A stretch of 64,000 nt of DNA from Terriglobia bacterium. GTDB lineage: Bacteria; Acidobacteriota; Terriglobia; 20CM-2-55-15. The translations under genes and the position numbers were made by a program. Positions 29,264 to 37,413 of this stretch are shown piece by piece (positions within the stretch are counted from its first letter, which is position 1; each line of letters opens with the position of its first letter). The DNA is taken from positions 288,001-352,000 of the forward strand of contig CBDAOY010000008.1 of assembly GCA_965198225.1 (NCBI GenBank), in the 5' to 3' direction. The notes beneath the pieces were generated by a model. The model saw only the letters and a list, made by a program, of their open reading frames with translations. It was not told the origin of the DNA and made no database searches.

Positions 29264-29267
29264 CTAG

Positions 29268-30158
29268 ATGGGTCTCGGGGATTTCAAGTCCGGCTTCGTC
29301 TCGATCGTCGGAAGGCCGAATTCTGGCAAGTCCACGCTGTTGAACCGGCTCGTCGGCGACAAGATTTCGATCGTGACACCGCGTCCCCAGACGACACGCA
29401 ACATCGTCCGTGGAATACTAAGTGACGCGCGCGGTCAGGTTGTGTTTCTCGACACACCGGGAATACACAAACCGGGGCACCGGATGAACGAGCGCATGAT
29501 GCGCTTCATGCTGGAATCGTTGGAACACATCGACGTGGTCCTGTTGATGGTCGACGCTTCCGTGCCCCACGGTCGCGGCGACGAGTTCGCGTTGGAACTC
29601 GTCAAGGGCTCGAAATCCCGCCGGTTCCTCCTGTTGAACAAGATCGACAAGATCGCCAAGGAAGAACTGCTACCGGCGATCGACCGATACCGGAAGAAGG
29701 CCGATTTCGACCAGATCATCCCGCTTTCGGCCCTGGACGGCGATGGCGCGGAGATCGTCACTGAGCAGCTATTCAGTTACCTTCCAGCGGGTCCGATGTA
29801 CTATCCAGGCGACCAGCTGAGCGACCAGCCCGAGCGTTTCCTTACTTCCGAAATCATAAGGGAGAAGCTGATTCTGGCGACCCGCGAGGAACTGCCTCAC
29901 GCCACGGCAATCGCCATCGAACGGTTCGAAGAAGACGAGAAGCTGGTCCGGATCCATGCCTCAGTTTACGTAGAGAGAGCGTCGCAGAAGGCCATCGTCA
30001 TCGGTAAGGGCGGCCAGCTGTTGAAGCAGGTTGGCACCGAAGCCCGCCACGAACTGGAGTCGCTCCTGCATAGCAAAGTGCACCTGGCGCTCCATGTGAA
30101 GGTCAAGAAGAAGTGGCGGGACGATGAGAAGATGCTGGAAACGCTTTTGGGGAGGTAG
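29268..30158 (+). CDS. era: GTPase Era
   Basis: GRPNSGKST, QTTR, DTPG, NKID, KH-domain VIGKGG. Confidence 0.98.
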   Translation: MGLGDFKSGFVSIVGRPNSGKSTLLNRLVGDKISIVTPRPQTTRNIVRGILSDARGQVVFLDTPGIHKPGHRMNERMMRFMLESLEHIDVVLLMVDASVPHGRGDEFALELVKGSKSRRFLLLNKIDKIAKEELLPAIDRYRKKADFDQIIPLSALDGDGAEIVTEQLFSYLPAGPMYYPGDQLSDQPERFLTSEIIREKLILATREELPHATAIAIERFEEDEKLVRIHASVYVERASQKAIVIGKGGQLLKQVGTEARHELESLLHSKVHLALHVKVKKKWRDDEKMLETLLGR

Positions 30159-30341
30159 TGTAGGTGCGCTCTATGAGCGGAACCATCTATTAGCGTCGGG
30201 CCCACCGTCCCCCTCACGACGAAAGACTGAACGTTCACGGACCGAATTGCAGTGCGTGGGCTCGCGGAGAAAGACAGTTGGTCCGGTCCCCCCACGCCAT
30301 CCTTGACCAGAACAGTGTGCGGTCATAGACCGCACCTACAC

Positions 30342-30731
30342 CTACCACTCGCTGTACGGGGTTCCCTCAGACGATACTGCCGTCGAACCGCTGTGCACGT
30401 CGACTATGCCGGTCTCCAGTTGGTCGGGAATCATGGCCGTGTCGCCGAACTCCACCTGCCACGTCGTGCTCGACTCGGTGATGGGATCTTCCGGAATCTC
30501 CCGGTAGTAGCCGGCGTCGACGAGATCCTCCAGTGCCTGCGGGGCCGTCTTTTTGTCTGCCGTGTACTGGTCGATCACCGTCCGCAAGCCGTGCAGGTTA
30601 TCTTTGAGGACGGCTTCCTTCGCGCGCAGTACGACGGACTGGTACATCGGGATCGAGATGGACGCCAGGATTGCGATGATCGTCAGGACGATCATCATTT
30701 CGAGCAGGCTGAAGCCGTTCTTACCACTCAT
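30342..30731 (-). CDS. Type II secretion pseudopilin (GspG-like)
   Basis: GFSLLE prepilin site; KEAVLKDNL; IPEDPIT. Confidence 0.88.
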   Translation of the reverse strand: MSGKNGFSLLEMMIVLTIIAILASISIPMYQSVVLRAKEAVLKDNLHGLRTVIDQYTADKKTAPQALEDLVDAGYYREIPEDPITESSTTWQVEFGDTAMIPDQLETGIVDVHSGSTAVSSEGTPYSEW

Positions 30732-31185
30732 GGTAGTTGGTTCCGTCCAGAGCGGTTCCGCCGGATCTCGTGTAGACGTCGAACACGTTAGACCCGCCCC
30801 AGGAGTTGGATTCCGGGTCGTCCTGGTACGCCCGCAGGCCCCAGTCGGTGGAGTTCGTCATGGGGTCCACGGGGACTCGGCGCAGAAACTTCATCTTACG
30901 GTCGACCTGGCCGACCTGATCGACGCCCTCGACGAGGATTTCCAGGCTCTCCGGGTAGCCTTCCGTTCCCAACGTCACCTGGATCATACCCAGGTCCGAC
31001 GCCTCCTTGTAACGATCTATCGCAACACGCATCTCGCGCAGCACGCGGCGCAACTCCACTTCCTTCTGCCGCCGAATTGAATTTCTTGCCAGCGGCACGG
31101 CGATCCCAGCGAGGATCGCGATGATCGTCGCGGTGACGATCAACTCAATTAGAGAGAAACCACGCTGGGATCTCGCTCGAAACAT
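30721..31185 (-). CDS. Type II secretion pseudopilin (GspG-like)
   Basis: GFSLIE prepilin site; FLRRVPVDPMT; DGTNYHEW. Confidence 0.88.
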   Translation of the reverse strand: MFRARSQRGFSLIELIVTATIIAILAGIAVPLARNSIRRQKEVELRRVLREMRVAIDRYKEASDLGMIQVTLGTEGYPESLEILVEGVDQVGQVDRKMKFLRRVPVDPMTNSTDWGLRAYQDDPESNSWGGSNVFDVYTRSGGTALDGTNYHEW

Positions 31186-31195
31186 ACCCTTATCT

Positions 31196-33460
31196 TTATG
31201 GCACGGTGATCGGCAACTCTGCAATCTTTCCTGTCCGTGGTTGGGCGTCGGGCGCTCGGACACTAAAGCCGGTGACCCTCAATGTCGATTGTCCGCTCCG
31301 CAACCCGCGGAGGGTCAGACGCACGATGCTGCCCTCTCCCGACAGAGGGGCCGAGAGCTCGGGCCTCTCGAGGGATATGATCGCCCGGCCCGCTCCGGTG
31401 TCGATATTTTGCATGACTGCGACGCTGGCGCCGTCCTGGCTCAGGAATCCTCCGTCCACGACGTTGTCGAGCGCGACGAGAGATGGATCGAATTCGATCG
31501 TCAGGTCCGCACCGCTCATGCCCGTGGCGTTGACGTTGATGTCCAGTTCGGTCGGGCTTTCGGTTGAGAGCGTCAAGACCGCTGGATCGAACTGTATGGC
31601 GTCGGTCGGGACCGATACCGCTGCGGAGGGATCCGGAACCGCGCCCTCAGGTTCGGGCTCGGGTTCGACGATCTCGGCGTTGTCCGGTTCCGGCTCTTCA
31701 GGCTGCGGAATCGACGGCTCTCCAACCATTCCTCTAAACCGTGTGTCGGTCTCGGTACCGACAACGATACCGCGCAGGTTACGGTCGTTGATGTCGGGCA
31801 TCTTCACGATATGGGGCGTCAGAAGAATAATGATTTCCGTCTGATCCTGCTGCCGCGTCTCGGAGCCAAAAAGGTGCCTCAGGATCGGGATTTTTATCAG
31901 GCCGGGAATACCCGCAAAAGCCGTGCTTTCCGTTTCCGTGATCAACCCGCCCAGGATGTTGGTTTCACCTTCCTTTAGTCGAATCTCGTGTTGGATCGAA
32001 CGGTTGGTAAAGACCGGCAGCGCTACCCCACTGATGATGTTCAAACCGGCAGTGGCCTGGACCTGGACCAGGACGGTCATGGAGATCTCCCGATTCAGCA
32101 GGACCCTTGGGGTGATGTCGAGGTTGACACCGACATCGATGTACTGGAACTGAACGACGGGCGTTCCGGTCGCACCGACGAACGCGGGCTGGAAACTGCC
32201 GGAAGCGACCGGCACGCGGGAGCCGATCCGGATCTGGGCAAGCTTGCCGTCTGTCGCGCGGACGCTGGGATTCTGGACCAGTCGCGTCCTGGAGTCGCTT
32301 TCCAGAAAACGCGCGACGGTGTCCGGGATTACGATGTTGAAGCTTCCAGAGTTGATCGTATCGAGGTCTCTCAAGCTGATCTGACTAGAACCGCCCCCGC
32401 CTCCAGCGCCATCTCCGGTCGGGGCCCCGGAATCAAAGCCGAGCGTCGTTCCCTGGGGTGGAAGCACGCCGAGTTCCCGGAGCCGGTTCCGGTCAACTTC
32501 CAGAATCGTGGCTTCGACCAAAACCTCCGGTTTGATCATGTCGATGTCGGCGATGATTTTTTCTGCGATGGCGACCTTATCGGGCGTATCGCGCAGGATG
32601 ATCGCGTTCATGGATGTGCTCTGGGCGATGAAACGCATGTTCAGGAGAGTCCGGATCGCCGTGATCGCTTCGGTGATGTCGGTCGGGTTGACGCTGTGGG
32701 TCAAGTAGATCGTTTTCAGGATGTGTTGTTCGTATTCCCGGCGCTTTTGCTGGTTTTCGGGCGCAACGATTAGCGTTCTCTGGTTGATAGGCTTCCAGAA
32801 GGTTCGAGTCTGGAGCGCCAGGATGTCCAATGCCTCATAGACGCTGAGGTTGTCGAGCTCGACGGAAATGCGAGTCGACCGGAAATCCGGATCGAAAATG
32901 ATGTTGAGCCCGGCCAACTCGGCGATCGTCTCGAATATCGACTGGGCTTCTTGGGTAATCCGGAGCGAAATCGGTCCCTCGACGGTTGGTTGGAGCTGAC
33001 TCTCGATGCTGGCGTCGGTGCGGGCGAGTTCTTTGCGGACTTCGAACACCGTCTTCTCCTCCGGCTGCCCCACATTGCCGTTACGGATCAGCTCTTCGGC
33101 TCGAGCCAGTTCCGTTTCGGCCATGGAGTGGGTCCGGTCGAGCTGGAGAGCTCTCGTAAACTCCACCCGAGCGAGGGCCGGCTCGCCCGCCTCCATCGCG
33201 CGCCGTCCGCGTTCGTAGTGCTCGAAAGCCGCTGCGAACCGGGCCTGCTCGACCTTGAGGCGGTACTCGATATCGCCCGGCTTTTCCGCGAGGGCTTCTT
33301 GGTAGTGTGTCAGGGCCAGATCGTAGTCCCGGGAAAGCTCGGCTTCGAGACCGCGGTCATATGCCGCCCGGTGTGACGCACACCCCGTCAGGTGGATGAT
33401 CGCGAGCATCAGAGAGAGCAGAAGTTTTAGTCCTGAAGGTCTGTTCATGGTAGCGTTCAT
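31196..33460 (-). CDS. Type II secretion secretin (GspD-like lipoprotein: TPR, secretin, C-terminal cohesin-like domain)
   Basis: Lipobox HLTGC; EVLVEATILEV, IGSRVPV, DVGVNLDITP, IIILLTPHIV; IEFDPSL cohesin-like C-terminus; start uncertain (33460 or 33448). Confidence 0.88.
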   Translation of the reverse strand: MNATMNRPSGLKLLLSLMLAIIHLTGCASHRAAYDRGLEAELSRDYDLALTHYQEALAEKPGDIEYRLKVEQARFAAAFEHYERGRRAMEAGEPALARVEFTRALQLDRTHSMAETELARAEELIRNGNVGQPEEKTVFEVRKELARTDASIESQLQPTVEGPISLRITQEAQSIFETIAELAGLNIIFDPDFRSTRISVELDNLSVYEALDILALQTRTFWKPINQRTLIVAPENQQKRREYEQHILKTIYLTHSVNPTDITEAITAIRTLLNMRFIAQSTSMNAIILRDTPDKVAIAEKIIADIDMIKPEVLVEATILEVDRNRLRELGVLPPQGTTLGFDSGAPTGDGAGGGGGSSQISLRDLDTINSGSFNIVIPDTVARFLESDSRTRLVQNPSVRATDGKLAQIRIGSRVPVASGSFQPAFVGATGTPVVQFQYIDVGVNLDITPRVLLNREISMTVLVQVQATAGLNIISGVALPVFTNRSIQHEIRLKEGETNILGGLITETESTAFAGIPGLIKIPILRHLFGSETRQQDQTEIIILLTPHIVKMPDINDRNLRGIVVGTETDTRFRGMVGEPSIPQPEEPEPDNAEIVEPEPEPEGAVPDPSAAVSVPTDAIQFDPAVLTLSTESPTELDINVNATGMSGADLTIEFDPSLVALDNVVDGGFLSQDGASVAVMQNIDTGAGRAIISLERPELSAPLSGEGSIVRLTLRGLRSGQSTLRVTGFSVRAPDAQPRTGKIAELPITVP

Positions 33461-33555
33461 TCTTGAATAGTTGATGGTGGATTGACCGCCCTCGACATTC
33501 CGTCGGGCCGGTTTCGGACCCGAATCCACGTCATGTCATTCCCAATCCGCTGCGT

Positions 33556-34911
33556 ATGATCCAGCAACGCAAGAGAGTTCTGGCGTTCAACCTGTTGTTG
33601 ATCGATCTGGCTCTGACCGCCGGCAGTTTCTTCCTGGCGTACGGCGTCCGCAACTCCTTCGAGCTCGAGGGGTATACCGTGATGCCGGTGGGTATATACC
33701 TGTGGTTGCTGGCGCTGATCCTGCCGATATGGGCGGTTCTGCTGCCCGCTTTCGGCGTGTATTCCGCCCGTTTCCTCTCCCTGCGGGATCAGGTGGTCCA
33801 GCTTTCCAAGGCCATCGGGCTTGCGTGGATCGTCGCTGCTGCCGTGCTCTTCTTCGTCGACCGGGAAGCGACCAGCCGCTTGATCGCGGTGTTCACTCTG
33901 GTGATCAACTACGGTCTTCTGGTTTGCTACCGAATCGTGCTCTTTGCCGTTCGTAGCCGAAGCCGCAGCCATACGAACGCGCGGCACGTGGCCGTCATCG
34001 GCGATTCTTCGTCGGCTGACGATTTCGCTCGTACCATCGAGGCCCACAGTGAGTGGGGTCTCGAGCCGATCGGCGTGTTTCCCGAAGAGGAGGCGCGCCA
34101 GGTGCTCGAACGGGGAGGCGTCGACGACATGATATTTGTCGTTGACCGTCAACGACTAGACTCCTGCGAGGAACTCTTCTTGTTGTGTGAGGAACTCGGT
34201 GTGACGGCGCGCGTGGTGCTCAATCTGTTTCCCCATTCTATTGCGCGCATGGAACTCCACGAACTGGATGGGTTCCCCCTCTTGACGTTCAGTACCATCC
34301 CTTCCGACGAATTCCTCCTGTTCGTCCGGCGAGCCATGGACGTCGTGCTTTCCGTATTCCTGCTCATCCTGGCCTCGCCGGTGATGCTGATTGCCGCCGC
34401 CGCAATCCGGATCACTTCGAAGGGGCCCGTGCTGTTTAAACAGCAGCGCTGTGGTCTCCACGGGCGCCCCTTCGTCATGCACAAGTTTCGATCCATGGTC
34501 GATGACGCTGAGCAGCGGCGGGTGGAGATGGAAGCCCTCAACGAGATGGACGGGCCCGTCTTCAAGTCGTCCACGGATCCCCGTATCACTGCCCTCGGAA
34601 GGGTTCTGCGCCGTTTCAGCATCGATGAACTTCCTCAGCTCTACAACGTACTCCGAGGCGACATGAGCCTCGTCGGTCCACGCCCGCCGCTTCCACAGGA
34701 GGTCGAAGGCTACGAGCGCTGGCAGCGCCGGCGGCTGAGCATGAAACCGGGTATTACCTGCCTGTGGCAGATCAGCGGCCGGAACCAGGTCGGCTTCGAC
34801 GAATGGATGAAGCTCGACCTGAGTTACATAGACAACTGGTCGCTGCTTTTGGATTTGAAGATTCTGATCAAGACGGTTCCTGTCGTTCTACTGGGCAAGG
34901 GCGCCCGGTAG
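33556..34911 (+). CDS. Priming undecaprenyl-phosphate glycosylphosphotransferase (WcaJ/CpsE family)
   Basis: KFRSM, DPRIT, IDELPQL, MSLVGPRP, KPGITCLWQ. Confidence 0.95.
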   Translation: MIQQRKRVLAFNLLLIDLALTAGSFFLAYGVRNSFELEGYTVMPVGIYLWLLALILPIWAVLLPAFGVYSARFLSLRDQVVQLSKAIGLAWIVAAAVLFFVDREATSRLIAVFTLVINYGLLVCYRIVLFAVRSRSRSHTNARHVAVIGDSSSADDFARTIEAHSEWGLEPIGVFPEEEARQVLERGGVDDMIFVVDRQRLDSCEELFLLCEELGVTARVVLNLFPHSIARMELHELDGFPLLTFSTIPSDEFLLFVRRAMDVVLSVFLLILASPVMLIAAAAIRITSKGPVLFKQQRCGLHGRPFVMHKFRSMVDDAEQRRVEMEALNEMDGPVFKSSTDPRITALGRVLRRFSIDELPQLYNVLRGDMSLVGPRPPLPQEVEGYERWQRRRLSMKPGITCLWQISGRNQVGFDEWMKLDLSYIDNWSLLLDLKILIKTVPVVLLGKGAR

Positions 34912-34916
34912 GCGCG

Positions 34917-35024
34917 TGATCCTCAGGTTTGAGAATTTGCTCCCAGATTGTGGGGGATCAAGCGTGCTGTCCGCCCCTCGGCGTTCAGCCTCTGGAGACG
35001 GGACGACAGTCGCATCCGATTGAC
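34917..35024. repeat. Dispersed repeat D, copy 2, followed by an ACGGATT/AATCCG 9-mer-like inverted repeat (35025-35100)
   Basis: Aligned by eye to 6550-6663. Confidence 0.78.
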
Positions 35025-35259
35025 ACGGATCGAGCGGATTGGATGGATTCAACGGATTAATCTGGCGTAATGGAATCTGTCAAATCCGATGAATCCGCGG
35101 CACGCCGATTGCACTGCTAGCTCACGGCTGATGGCTGACCGCCGCCGCCCAAGGGCCGACTTCGGCTAAGGGCCGACCTTCGGTCGGTTAGGGGCTGCCG
35201 GCAGGTCGCGCTGAACGATCCGTGTGGTAGGATTGTCTTACTCACTAGGAGCCCTTGCC

Positions 35260-36084
35260 ATGAATCTGATTGTCGCCCTGGCCATAGCCGCGCTGATGCC
35301 CCTCAGTGCAGGTGCGGCCGACCGGAAACCTCTGGAAATCAAGGTGGTTGACGATCACGTGTCGATCCACGCCGAAGCCGTTCCCCTCGGGCGATTGCTC
35401 GCGTTGCTGGACCGTACGGCGGGGACGACTTCCACTGTCCCCCCGGAGTTGGCGAACCGCAACGTCAGCACCCAGTTCGCCGGACTTCCTCTCGACCAGG
35501 CGGTGAAGAAAGTCTTCGAGGGCCTGCCGCTGGACTACGTTGTACTGGAAGGCACCCGGATTGTCGTCACGGCGGTGTCGCAGAGTCTTACCGGACAGGC
35601 TCAAGCGGCGGCACCTGCCAGCGGGTCGAATCCTCAGCCTTTTGTCAGCCCGAATAGAGCTCCGACCCCGGCGCCCCAGAATCCGTTCCAGGCTCAAGGA
35701 AATCCGAACCCCGCTGTAGGGGGGAGTCGGAATGCGGGCAACGCTCCGGCGCAGCCTGCTGTGATCCAGACTCCGTTTGGACCTCTCGTGAATCCGCGAG
35801 CGAACCAGAACCAGCAACAGCAGCCGGGGATGCCGATGACGATGCCTGGACAGGCGGGTTTCCCCTTCGGTGCGCGCGGCGCTTCTCCGACAGGCTTGCC
35901 GACCTCGCCCGGCGGAGCGATGTCTCCGAGTGACTACATGAGGCTGCAACAGCGTGCTCCAGGCGCGACACCCAGTACGCCGGGTGGGCAACCCGGTCCG
36001 CAGCCGAACGTCTTCGGGAACACGTCGCCGACGATCCTGGATCTGAACAAGAAGCCCCCCAACCCCCCACAGCCAGAGCTGTGA
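35260..36084 (+). CDS. Exported hypothetical protein: STN/secretin-N-like domain plus Pro/Gln-rich disordered tail
   Basis: AGGAG SD, signal peptide, VSIHAEAVPLGRLL...LPLDQAVKKVFEG. Confidence 0.65.
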   Translation: MNLIVALAIAALMPLSAGAADRKPLEIKVVDDHVSIHAEAVPLGRLLALLDRTAGTTSTVPPELANRNVSTQFAGLPLDQAVKKVFEGLPLDYVVLEGTRIVVTAVSQSLTGQAQAAAPASGSNPQPFVSPNRAPTPAPQNPFQAQGNPNPAVGGSRNAGNAPAQPAVIQTPFGPLVNPRANQNQQQQPGMPMTMPGQAGFPFGARGASPTGLPTSPGGAMSPSDYMRLQQRAPGATPSTPGGQPGPQPNVFGNTSPTILDLNKKPPNPPQPEL

Positions 36085-36134
36085 TCGCCCCTCCGGTTGA
36101 CGATCGTTCCCCTTTTTTGCACTAAACGTCACCG

Positions 36135-36590
36135 ATGGGAACCGAGAATCCTGTGCTGGGAGTCAACCGGAAAGCTTTCCACAACTACCAAATCCTGGAA
36201 AAATTCGAGGCGGGCCTCGTGTTGACCGGTACCGAAGTCAAGTCGGCCAAAGAGGGCCGCGTCAGCATGAAGGAAGCTTACGGGGTGGTCAAGGCGGGCG
36301 AAGTCTGGCTCCTGAACTGTCACATCAGTCCTTTTTCACACGGCAACATTGCCAATCACGATCCCCTGCGGACCCGAAAGCTCCTGTTGAAGAAGTCAGA
36401 GATCCGTCGCCTCATCGGTCGCACCACGGAACGCGGTCTGACTCTGGTGCCCCTGCGGATGTACTTGAAGAAGGGACGAATCAAGTGCGAAATCGCCCTG
36501 GCCAAAGGCAAGAAAGTTCACGACAAGCGCGAGACGGAACGGCGGAAAACGATCGAGCGAGAGACGCGGCAAGCGGTGCGGGAGCGGTGA
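36135..36590 (+). CDS. smpB: SsrA-binding protein SmpB
   Basis: NRKAFHNY, EAGLVLTGTEVKS, RKLLL, GKKVHDKRE. Confidence 0.98.
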   Translation: MGTENPVLGVNRKAFHNYQILEKFEAGLVLTGTEVKSAKEGRVSMKEAYGVVKAGEVWLLNCHISPFSHGNIANHDPLRTRKLLLKKSEIRRLIGRTTERGLTLVPLRMYLKKGRIKCEIALAKGKKVHDKRETERRKTIERETRQAVRER

Positions 36591-36594
36591 GGGG

Positions 36595-36790
36595 CGTAGG
36601 CCGTTGCCCGTAGGCCGTTGGGCGGCACGTGGTTGCGATGACGTAGGCCGTTGTGCGTAGGCCGTTAGGTGGCACGTTGTTCGTAACTTGTAAGGGGTTA
36701 CACTGTTTTAACAGGGTGCGGTCTCCGGATAACCGACAACGGACAACGGCTTACGGATAACGAACAACGGCCAACGGATAACGGCCTACG
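36595..36790. repeat. Large inverted heptamer-repeat pair
   Basis: cgtaggccgttgcccgtaggccgtt... versus ...acggataacgaacaacggccaacggataacggcctacg. Confidence 0.85.
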
Positions 36791-36795
36791 ATCAT

Positions 36796-37413
36796 ATGGA
36801 CGAACTTCCCATCTACTCCGACGCCATACGGCGGGGACCCGATCCCTTCGCCGATCTGAAGAATCTCGAGGGCGCGGACCTGACGACGTGCTGGGAGCGG
36901 TTTGATCGCTTGATTGACTTTGCCGAGTCGGCGTCCGACATTAACCACGCCAGGGAGTTGTCGACGGCGCCGACGAAAGAAGTGCTGCTGAAAATGCACA
37001 AAGTGATGTTTTCCGGCAGGGACAGTGCGGGTGCCTTGAGACACTCCGTTACGACTGCGATGTTTCGCGGGCAGGATTGTCCGGAGCCTGAATTCGTGGA
37101 TCGTTCACTGGACAACTTCGAGCGATGGCTGACGGCGGACAGCTTCATGGAAATCCACGCGGTTGAGAAGGCGGCGCTGGTGCTGACCCGCCTGATTGAC
37201 ATCTGGCCTTTCGAATTCGGCAATCGCACGACGGCCGTCGTGTTCTCGAATCACTTTCTGGCCGAAGCCCGGCTGCCGCCGTTCTTCATTCTTGCAGAGA
37301 AAATCGAGGAGTTCGACCGAGTGCTTGAACAGGCGATCACCATGCAAACGCAACCCCTCGTGACAGCCATGTATGAATCCATGCGGCGGGAGCTGAACCT
37401 TGTCGGACGGTGA
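36796..37413 (+). CDS. Fic/Fido-fold protein with a degenerate catalytic motif
   Basis: LLKMHKVMF...AGALR; HAVEKAA...IWPFEFGNRTTA versus canonical HPFxDGNGRxxR. Confidence 0.75.
   Translation: MDELPIYSDAIRRGPDPFADLKNLEGADLTTCWERFDRLIDFAESASDINHARELSTAPTKEVLLKMHKVMFSGRDSAGALRHSVTTAMFRGQDCPEPEFVDRSLDNFERWLTADSFMEIHAVEKAALVLTRLIDIWPFEFGNRTTAVVFSNHFLAEARLPPFFILAEKIEEFDRVLEQAITMQTQPLVTAMYESMRRELNLVGR

Noticed and set aside
36590-36795. ssrA (tmRNA) or CRISPR array next to smpB
   Set aside because: Only degenerate heptamers; no GGGG..TCCACCA ends, no constant repeat-spacer period, no cas genes.
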